From contig JAGLRQ010000131.1 in the NCBI GenBank assembly GCA_023136205.1, positions 1 through 7,205 of the forward strand: DNA of 7,205 nucleotides. The letters are read 5' to 3'. Origin of the DNA: Candidatus Auribacterota bacterium (GTDB lineage Bacteria; Auribacterota; UBA6266). Position numbers and translations under genes: made by a program. Position 1 is the stretch's first letter, and each line of letters starts with the position of its first letter. Positions 1-6,275 of the stretch are shown in pieces. A model generated the notes under the pieces. It saw only the letters and a list, made by a program, of their open reading frames with translations, made no database searches and was not told the origin of the DNA.

Positions 1-965
1 TTTTTTATAACTTGCCATATGTGTTTCGGATTGAAGTCTTCAGAAGCAAAAAGAAAGCATTCAAACCCGAACTCTATTATCTTCTTATTCAACAAATGGT
101 TGTTTGTTACAAAAAGAACTCCACAGTTTTTGTTCTCAACCAGGTATTTAGCAATAAGGGTTGCGCGCATAAAGTGTCCAAACCCTAAATCAGGCCCCCC
201 GTCAATAATAAATAATACTTTCCTGCTTTTATCTTCAGGTTTTTTCTGTAAAACATGGGCATTAATAGATTTCAAGTGAGGATTTTTCTCTAAAAATCTG
301 ATAATTTTTTTTAAATCCACTATGTTTTTACGATCCCAAAAACGCTTGTAAATACCCTCCATAAACTTAAAATCTGCCATGTTGTCGATAGATAATCTAT
401 ACCCGGCCTTTTGGAAAACTTTTGCCGGCTTAAAACAGACTGTTTTCCCAAATTCAGGGTGTTCCTTAAGATAAATAGTTACATGCTCTTTATGATAATC
501 CCGGATATCAGATAATCGATAAACTTTTTTAAGTATGCTTAAAGACACTACTGAAAATCCCTCGTGAATGCTAAAGACATCCGGATCCTCTACAAAATAA
601 TCCGCCCCTTTACCAGTCATTACCTTAATGAACCTGTCTATTTCTCTTGGCTCTATTAAAGGAGCATCCCCGGTAATCCTTACAATATAATCCGCCTTAA
701 AATTATCTGCCGCATCAATGTAACGTCTTAAAACATCACTTTCACTGCCTCTGAAAAATTTGATCTTGTATCGTTTACAAAACTTAACTATCGTGGTATC
801 GGCTTCGGTAGTCGAGGTTGCCACAACAATATCATTCAAGTTACTACACTGTTTTAATCTTTTAACAATATGCCAAAGTACGGGTTTGCCGCATAAATCC
901 ATTAGTACCTTGCCCGGCAGCCTTAATGAACCCATTCTTGCCTGAATAATAGCAACTGTTCTCAT
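1..965 (-). CDS. Fusion protein: SpsF/COG1861-type sugar cytidylyltransferase (CTP_transf_3-like, about the first 240 aa) joined in frame to the N-terminal domain of a PseG/SpsG-like UDP-sugar hydrolase. The 3' end runs off the left window edge.
   Basis: This ORF is not in the supplied track. I reverse-complemented 965..1 by hand and got ATG at 965..963 followed by 321 sense codons with no stop, in frame to position 3. The N-terminus MRTVAIIQARMGSLRLPGKVLMDLCGKPVLWHIV, plus IVRITGDAPLIEP and YRLSIDNMADFKFMEGIY, match the conserved blocks of SpsF-like/acylneuraminate cytidylyltransferase-family enzymes. After a short linker (LQKKPEDKSRK), from about nt 218 downward, the sequence VLFIIDGGPDLGFGHFMRATLIAKYL matches the PseG/SpsG N-terminal signature (..D.....G.GH..R...LAK..). 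The ATG overlaps the upstream stop codon (TAATG). Confidence 0.8.
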   Translation of the reverse strand, partial: MRTVAIIQARMGSLRLPGKVLMDLCGKPVLWHIVKRLKQCSNLNDIVVATSTTEADTTIVKFCKRYKIKFFRGSESDVLRRYIDAADNFKADYIVRITGDAPLIEPREIDRFIKVMTGKGADYFVEDPDVFSIHEGFSVVSLSILKKVYRLSDIRDYHKEHVTIYLKEHPEFGKTVCFKPAKVFQKAGYRLSIDNMADFKFMEGIYKRFWDRKNIVDLKKIIRFLEKNPHLKSINAHVLQKKPEDKSRKVLFIIDGGPDLGFGHFMRATLIAKYLVENKNCGVLFVTNNHLLNKKIIEFGFECFLFASEDFNPKHIWQVIK

Positions 966-967
966 TA
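963..967 (-). promoter_or_regulatory. TAATG stop/start overlap (translational coupling) between the short NeuB paralog and the cytidylyltransferase fusion
   Basis: On the minus strand, the TAA stop of the 294-aa ORF (967..965) shares one nucleotide with the ATG (965..963) of the downstream ORF. There is no strong Shine-Dalgarno upstream (..CTGGAAAAAATAATG). Confidence 0.6.
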
Positions 968-1849
968 TTTTTTCCAGGATTTTCTAATCTTTAAAAGAGG
1001 CCTAAGGCCATCAGAAGAGTCAGCACGCCAAACACAATCCTCAAACTCGCTTTGCACAGGAGCCTTATCCCCATTTCCATCAGCCAGAGTAAAATCCTCT
1101 TTTTTTTCTGAGCCATTTCTTACAGCATTTATAACTGCCGCGATTTGATCCGGCAACCAACAATGTCCAATCTGAAATTCTTCTCCGGAACCATCAAGAT
1201 CCATATGGAATTCTATCATCGAAGCATTCCATTTATAAACGGCCCTGTATATAACAGAATCTTTAACACTGTGGTCAGACCATCCTACTTCACATTTATA
1301 TCGGTCTCTCAGTGTTTTTATAGCTGACAGGTTACATTGTTCTACAAGCGCCGGGTAAGCGGAAACACAATGAAGCAATGTTACATCTCTTGCCCCGGCA
1401 GACTTTATAACTTGTACCGCTGAATCAATTTCGTCTATGGTTGCCATCCCTGTTGATAAAATGACAGGTATTTTAGTTTTGGAACAAGACTCAAGCAAAT
1501 CATGCCATAGCAATTCGTACGATGCTATCTTATAAGAATCAACATATGGCTTAAGCTCTTCAACTGCTTCAAGATAGAAAGGAGTACACAAAAACTTCAG
1601 ATTTAACTCATGGCATTTTTGTTTAAGTCTCGGAATAAATTCTAACGGAAGTTCCCAATTTTGTTTTTCACGGTGCCGGGGACTCGCGTTTAATATTTCA
1701 GGGGCAAAAAGTTTATCTATCTTAAAAAGCTGAAATTTTATTCCATCACAGCCGATATTTTTCGATGTTTCAATAAATTTTAAACAGCGATCCAGATCTT
1801 TATTGTGGTTACTTGATATTTCGGCTATAAATTGCACATTGTTTACCAT
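965..1849 (-). CDS. NeuB-family (PEP-condensing) sugar-acid synthase paralog, short form without the C-terminal SAF/antifreeze-like domain (SpsE-like)
   Basis: The 294-aa ORF carries the NeuB TIM-barrel motifs in canonical order: FIAEISSNHNKD, CDGIKFQLF, SYKIASYEL, IPVILSTGMA, VTLLHCVSAYPA, VGWSDHS and MIEFHMDLD. Both predicted metal-ligand histidines are present (SDH and E.H). The protein ends at ..CVWRADSSDGLRPLLKIRKSWKK, which is about where the linker to the SAF domain starts in full-length homologs. By eye it shares roughly 30% identity with the 344-aa paralog in this window. Confidence 0.8.
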   Translation of the reverse strand: MVNNVQFIAEISSNHNKDLDRCLKFIETSKNIGCDGIKFQLFKIDKLFAPEILNASPRHREKQNWELPLEFIPRLKQKCHELNLKFLCTPFYLEAVEELKPYVDSYKIASYELLWHDLLESCSKTKIPVILSTGMATIDEIDSAVQVIKSAGARDVTLLHCVSAYPALVEQCNLSAIKTLRDRYKCEVGWSDHSVKDSVIYRAVYKWNASMIEFHMDLDGSGEEFQIGHCWLPDQIAAVINAVRNGSEKKEDFTLADGNGDKAPVQSEFEDCVWRADSSDGLRPLLKIRKSWKK

Positions 1850-1852
1850 GGG

Positions 1853-1859
1853 CCCCCTT
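1853..1859 (-). promoter_or_regulatory. Shine-Dalgarno-like AAGGGGG upstream of the short NeuB paralog
   Basis: The minus-strand sequence is TAG AAGGGGG CCC ATG. The G-rich purine block lies in the 10-nt gap between the flippase stop (1862..1860) and the ATG at 1849. Spacing is on the short side. Confidence 0.5.
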
Positions 1860-3341
1860 CTATCTCGCGTTTTGCCTGTTTTTCAAAAACCTTTCTTTGA
1901 TATTCTTTAAAACATCAAAATCCCTGTTCATTTTGATAAGGAAAGGAATATACAAAAAGCTGTAAATCACAACACATGTAAAAACATTCAGGATTGACAA
2001 TTCATCTTTCATTACAAAACGGTCCATTGAAAACAGCAGCGCTGCCATAAGCAAAAATTTACACATTATTGCCGCATAATATCGAACTATTTCAACTGTA
2101 GAAAAGATTGTTGACGCTGCTGCCAGAAAAATAACCGTAAAATGAAACGCCAAAGAGACTGTTGTCGCAATCGCCACGCCAACAATGCCATACCCTGAGG
2201 CTATAGCCAGATAATTCAAAATTACCGAAAGAATACATGAAATAATTATCAGCGGATACATTACAAGATACTTTCTAATGGTAATAAGGTAGTTTCCATA
2301 AACATTGCCAAGAGCAACAAAATATATGCTCAAAACAAGGAATTTTAACGCCGGGATACCTTCAACGAACTTTTTCAAAAGTAACCCTATAAAATAAGGC
2401 GCGCATATATATGTCAGGCCTATTACAATCGGCAAAAAATCCGAAAATGCGGCAGCCGATTGGCTTAAATATTTTCTTAAATCGTTTTTATCATCTTTCT
2501 CTCCAAATTTTTCCTGGAAATGCGGCAGTAAGACAACCGCCAAGGAAGTATGAATACTGGTCAGATAATTACACGCCATTATCGCAATGGAATAAAACCC
2601 CATAAACCTGTATCCAATCATGCCTATTATCATTATCCTGTCGATAGATCTGAAAAGAGTTCCCATAAGCCCCAGGACTCTCAGCGGAAGCCCAAAAAGG
2701 ATAAGTTTTTTAAGCTGTTTCCAATCACAGGCAATTTTGAATTTATATCTTTTGTGATAGTATATATAAACTATATTAAAAATAAGGCTAAGCCCTGTGG
2801 CCCACATAAATCCGTAGATCTTAAAAAAATATGACAGGACACCTACAAGGATGACATTTATAATCGCGGATAAGACCATTTGCTTTCCGGCAATATAAAA
2901 ATTCTTATACGCCCGGAGAATCGAAATGAAGAAATTATTTATTCTCTGAAGTATAATAATTATCGAAACAAAGATAAGCCCATAAAAAAGTTCTTCTGAA
3001 AGCTTTTCCCTGAATAAAAAAGTATAAACTATTATGCCAATCGCGACAACAGTCGAAACAATAGTAATAAAGCTGAATGTAATGTTTTTAATCTTATCTG
3101 CTGCCTTCTCATCCTTTTTACCTATCTGATAGGGAATTTCAATGTTGATTGCCGTTGTTGTTCCGAGAGTAATGTATTTTGCGAAATTCAACACTACCTG
3201 AAGAACCGCCCATATTCCTACCTGTACCGGGCCTAAAAACTTCCTTGAAAGAATAGCGCCAATCACGCCAACAGCCTGCGTTATAATATTAGCCGCTGAG
3301 TAAACAGCAGTATGTTTTAATATTTCCTTTTTCTTGGACAT
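1860..3341 (-). CDS. MOP-superfamily polysaccharide/oligosaccharide flippase (Wzx-like, Polysacc_synt family)
   Basis: The 493-aa ORF is extremely hydrophobic, with many runs of about 20 I/L/F/V/G/A residues (I estimate 12 or more TM helices). The N-terminus KHTAVYSAANIITQAVGVIGAILSRKFLGPVQVGIWAVLQVV resembles the conserved start of Wzx/MOP flippases (..R.LGP...G..). A basic cytoplasmic tail and the location inside a sugar-biosynthesis operon also fit. Confidence 0.75.
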   Translation of the reverse strand: MSKKKEILKHTAVYSAANIITQAVGVIGAILSRKFLGPVQVGIWAVLQVVLNFAKYITLGTTTAINIEIPYQIGKKDEKAADKIKNITFSFITIVSTVVAIGIIVYTFLFREKLSEELFYGLIFVSIIIILQRINNFFISILRAYKNFYIAGKQMVLSAIINVILVGVLSYFFKIYGFMWATGLSLIFNIVYIYYHKRYKFKIACDWKQLKKLILFGLPLRVLGLMGTLFRSIDRIMIIGMIGYRFMGFYSIAIMACNYLTSIHTSLAVVLLPHFQEKFGEKDDKNDLRKYLSQSAAAFSDFLPIVIGLTYICAPYFIGLLLKKFVEGIPALKFLVLSIYFVALGNVYGNYLITIRKYLVMYPLIIISCILSVILNYLAIASGYGIVGVAIATTVSLAFHFTVIFLAAASTIFSTVEIVRYYAAIMCKFLLMAALLFSMDRFVMKDELSILNVFTCVVIYSFLYIPFLIKMNRDFDVLKNIKERFLKNRQNAR

Positions 3342-3366
3342 AATTTAATAGTTACTTTCAACTTTT

Positions 3367-5217
3367 TTATTCAACAAGCTGATTAAAAATACCAACAAAA
3401 TCATCGTCAGAAAAGGGTATTTCAACAACGTAATCATCAGGGTTGGCATAAAAAAACTCTTTTATTATGGAAATAGCGTCTTCAATTTCTGAAAAGGTTT
3501 GCAGGGATCTGCCAAATACATCTTTTGCTTCTTTAATAATGTTAAAATAATCAGCACACACACAAAGAACGCTTTTCCCGGCCTTAGCAGCTTCAAAAAG
3601 CGCCCCCGAAGGATAATCTACAATCACTTTGTCCGCATGTTTCGCTAATTTTATAAATGGCTCTTCACGAACGGTTATATTTCTATATCCCTTATCCTCT
3701 ATATACTTAAGTATTGACTCCCTTGCCCATTCCTGCCCTATGGAATGTTTGTACACAAAATCAAAACTTGTTTCCCGCCCGAAAAAATCTACAATACTTT
3801 TCTGGTATTTATAATACCAATTAAGAGGATAGATCATATTGTTAAAACTTCTAACTCTATCGGGGAATTTTTTTTCTACATAAATCACCGTCGGCGCTTT
3901 ACCAAATTTCAAAGTCTTTTTCTTTTCTCTTATGCTTCTTAAATAGTGAGCCGACTGAACCGGTTTACAGTCGCAGCTGTATATTTCAGAAAGTGCTCTT
4001 TTGTAATATTCATGGGATATATCATCACGCGTTAAAACAAAATCGTATGTTTCCATCTCAATTACGGCAAACACCTCATTATTTAAAGCAAAGTTAGAAT
4101 GCTGCACACATACACTTTTCGCGCCTCTCATATATTTCGCCGCTATTATAGAGCCCAATGAATCCCTATCAGTATTTCCTCTCGCGAATATACAATCGAT
4201 TTTATTTTTTTTATAAAAACCAAGCATTTTTTCAGCATTTTGAAGAACACAACAACAATCCTCAGAAATAAAGTTTTCCAGAAAGGCAACAACTATCAAC
4301 GATACATCCAGCCCGCATTTATTGTTTATCCACGGAATTATTTTCTTATCATCTTTTAATAACCTGGAACACCGCACACACTCATCCTCTATTTGTTTAA
4401 GAGTACCACTATCTGCTTCCTGTATATCAAGAGACTTTCTTAAAAATAAATCTTCCCGCAGCACCTTGTCCTTTTCCTGTAAGTAAACTTTTGCCCCATT
4501 TACCAGAAGTTCTTTCAGCGGATAATCTACGTCAACAGATCCCGCGTGCATAAAAAAGACATGCCGGTTTTTAAAGGCAGCATTTAAAGTTAAAAGCTTT
4601 GTAACTTTTTCGTACTTAACAAAATTATAAATGCTTTTGAGAAAGGATTTTAGAGATGGATTGCAACCAAATCCCGCATGGTAAGATTCTTTTCGCCGCA
4701 ACCCTTTTTCATCAGCAATTCGCGTGGAAAAAGCAATATTGCTCTTTTTGCAAAATAGCTCTAACAAATCTTTAAATACTTTTCGGTTTATTCGCTTAAA
4801 ATCAAAGATAGATTCGCCGTTCTGTTCGGGAAAAGGTTTAGCAACATAAATTACTTCCTCAATTTCTTTCTCTTTTTCAATAAATTTAGAAATTATAAAG
4901 GAATATATTACTATCGTGTCTACAAAGTACTTAAGACGCAGATAATTTGCTCTGGCAAGAGGTATGTCAAACCTGAAACATAAAGAGATATGCTCTTTTA
5001 GAAAGCCATCAAAAGATTCAAACCACTTAAGCTGGTCAAAATAATAATCCTTTTCCTCAGCTCTCAAATCTTTTTCGGAATAGTAGTCCTCGAGTATTTT
5101 GTATTTAAGATTATTTTTATCTAAATAATATGAGGCAGAACAGTCAAGAGAAATTATACCTTCCCCTTGATAATTAATAGAGGGATCATAATAATCGAGT
5201 AAAAAAAAACGTTTCAT
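3367..5217 (-). CDS. Uncharacterised 616-aa soluble protein. Residues about 215-616 look like a GT-B/Rossmann-type glycosyl (possibly nonulosonyl) transferase, preceded by an N-terminal extension of about 215 aa with unknown function.
   Basis: This is a long uninterrupted ORF in the operon frame with an ATG at 5217 and no hydrophobic TM runs. Rossmann-like strands are RHVFFMHAGSVD and IDCIFARGNTDRDSLGSIIAAKYMRGAKSVCVQHS, which resemble a GT-B N-domain or 2-epimerase block. The C-terminal blocks APTVIYVEKKFPDR, FVYKHSIGQE and ADKVIVDYPSGALFEAAKAGKSVLCV are reminiscent of TagF, Capsule_synth (KpsS/KpsC) and polysialyltransferase C-domains. That it is a real CDS is high confidence. The functional call is low confidence. 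Confidence 0.55.
   Translation of the reverse strand: MKRFFLLDYYDPSINYQGEGIISLDCSASYYLDKNNLKYKILEDYYSEKDLRAEEKDYYFDQLKWFESFDGFLKEHISLCFRFDIPLARANYLRLKYFVDTIVIYSFIISKFIEKEKEIEEVIYVAKPFPEQNGESIFDFKRINRKVFKDLLELFCKKSNIAFSTRIADEKGLRRKESYHAGFGCNPSLKSFLKSIYNFVKYEKVTKLLTLNAAFKNRHVFFMHAGSVDVDYPLKELLVNGAKVYLQEKDKVLREDLFLRKSLDIQEADSGTLKQIEDECVRCSRLLKDDKKIIPWINNKCGLDVSLIVVAFLENFISEDCCCVLQNAEKMLGFYKKNKIDCIFARGNTDRDSLGSIIAAKYMRGAKSVCVQHSNFALNNEVFAVIEMETYDFVLTRDDISHEYYKRALSEIYSCDCKPVQSAHYLRSIREKKKTLKFGKAPTVIYVEKKFPDRVRSFNNMIYPLNWYYKYQKSIVDFFGRETSFDFVYKHSIGQEWARESILKYIEDKGYRNITVREEPFIKLAKHADKVIVDYPSGALFEAAKAGKSVLCVCADYFNIIKEAKDVFGRSLQTFSEIEDAISIIKEFFYANPDDYVVEIPFSDDDFVGIFNQLVE
5201..5209 (-). repeat. T9 homopolymer on the coding strand (A9 on the plus strand) in codons 3-6 of the 616-aa gene
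   Basis: The minus strand reads ATG AAA CGT TTT TTT TTA CTC. It is the longest mononucleotide run I found in the window; other runs reach at most 8 nt. Confidence 0.9.
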
Positions 5218-5240
5218 TTTACAATAAAAAATTGGTTTTC

Positions 5241-6275
5241 CTATGAAATAAGCTTCCAGTCGAGAGGGGTTCCATTTTTAATGTTTTTCCTCGCCGTTTT
5301 TCCCAAAATTTTTTTAAAATTGTTGGGTTTAAGCCCATCTGCCGGCCTTATGGAACGGACATTATCTTCCGTAAACTTTTCCCCTTTTTTAATATCTTTT
5401 ACAACAAACAAAGACCTTCTGAAAACACGGCTTTTTTTCTGGCCGGGGGTTAATCCATAATGTATTTTCCCGAGGGCGTCTTCCGCCATGCGAATATTAT
5501 CAACCAGATCTTTTAGTTCTGCCGGCTCAAGAGAAAAGAAACTGTCGGGAGTTTTTATCTTTCGTGATAAAGTAAAATGTTTTTCAATCATACACGCTCC
5601 CAGAGTAACAGCCGCGGCTGATACACCAGTTCCCATCGTGTGGTCCGAAAGCCCAACAGGAAGGTTAAACCTTTTTTTCATATCGGTTATTGTTCTAAGA
5701 TTCATCTCCCGCGGACGGGCAGGATAACTACTTACGCATTTTAAGAGTGTTATATCTTTCGCACCTGATTTTTTAGCAGCATTTACCGCTTCTCTTATTT
5801 CAGATAAATCAGCCATTCCGGTTGATAAAATCACCGGTTTTCTTGTTTTTGCCATATATTCTATTAAAGGTATGTCAACCAGCTCGAAAGAGGCTATTTT
5901 GTGCAATGGAACATTTATATCTTCAAGAAAATCAACCGCTGTTTTATCAAAAGCTGTTGAAAAAAATATTATGCCTTCGTCATCCGCAATTTTTTTAAGT
6001 TTTTTAAACCAGTGCCAGGGAGTATATGCTTTGCTGTAGAGCCTATACAATGTCTGCCCTCCCCACTTCGGATGATCTATCTTAAAATACCTCTTGCAGG
6101 AGTCTATCGTAAGTGTATCCGGGGTATAAGTCTGAAGTTTTATCGCGTCCGCGCCGCATTTTTTCGCCTTTTTTATCATTGCCACCGCGCGGTTAAAATT
6201 CTGGCCGTGATTTGCCGAAATTTCGGCAACGACAAAACAACGTTTTTGTTTTTTTATAACACTACCTGTTTTCAT
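5241..6275 (-). CDS. pseI: Nonulosonic acid synthase of the NeuB family with a C-terminal SAF domain, most similar to pseudaminic acid synthase PseI
   Basis: The 344-aa ORF has these motifs: VVAEISANHGQN, ADAIKLQTYTPDTLT (the ISANH and QTYTPD.(L/M)T forms are what I remember from PseI rather than NeuB/LegI), HKIASFELVD, KPVILSTGMA, ITLLKCVSSYPA, VGLSDHTMG, MIEKHFTL and PDSFFSLEP. The SAF domain is RRSLFVVKDIKKGEKFTEDNVRSIRPADGLKP...GKTARKNIKNGTPLDW (about nt 5244..5423). The start ATG at 6275 overlaps the upstream gene by 14 nt. Confidence 0.8.
   Translation of the reverse strand: MKTGSVIKKQKRCFVVAEISANHGQNFNRAVAMIKKAKKCGADAIKLQTYTPDTLTIDSCKRYFKIDHPKWGGQTLYRLYSKAYTPWHWFKKLKKIADDEGIIFFSTAFDKTAVDFLEDINVPLHKIASFELVDIPLIEYMAKTRKPVILSTGMADLSEIREAVNAAKKSGAKDITLLKCVSSYPARPREMNLRTITDMKKRFNLPVGLSDHTMGTGVSAAAVTLGACMIEKHFTLSRKIKTPDSFFSLEPAELKDLVDNIRMAEDALGKIHYGLTPGQKKSRVFRRSLFVVKDIKKGEKFTEDNVRSIRPADGLKPNNFKKILGKTARKNIKNGTPLDWKLIS

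Noticed and set aside
623-932. Exact 12-nt repeat CCTTAATGAACC at 623..634 and 921..932
   Set aside because: The two copies are read in different codon phases (RFIKV versus GSLR). One 12-mer coincidence is about what chance predicts for a 7.2-kb window, and there is no flanking similarity.
19-945. Plus-strand ORFs 19..279 (86 aa) and 760..945 (61 aa) from the supplied track
   Set aside because: They lie antisense to a continuous 321-codon minus-strand frame with clear cytidylyltransferase and PseG motifs. Their products are low-complexity with no recognisable motifs, so they are shadow ORFs.
3345-3374. Sigma70-like TTGAAT-N18-TATTAA on the minus strand just upstream of the flippase gene
   Set aside because: The -10 element ends only 3 nt before the ATG, so a transcript started from it would begin inside the ORF. 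The spacer is suboptimal, and AT-rich DNA produces such matches by chance. It also overlaps the stop codon of the upstream gene.
3571-3591. Walker-A-like AAKAGKS in the 616-aa protein, which might have suggested an ATPase
   Set aside because: It does not fit [AG]-x4-G-K-[ST], because the residue five positions before the Gly is Glu. The surrounding context (VIVDYPSG..GKSVLCV) fits a GT-B C-domain helix better.
1850-5240. Rho-independent terminators in the three short intergenic gaps (1850..1859, 3342..3366, 5218..5240)
   Set aside because: The gaps are too short and too AT-rich to form a GC stem followed by a T-tract. This is consistent with read-through transcription of a single operon.
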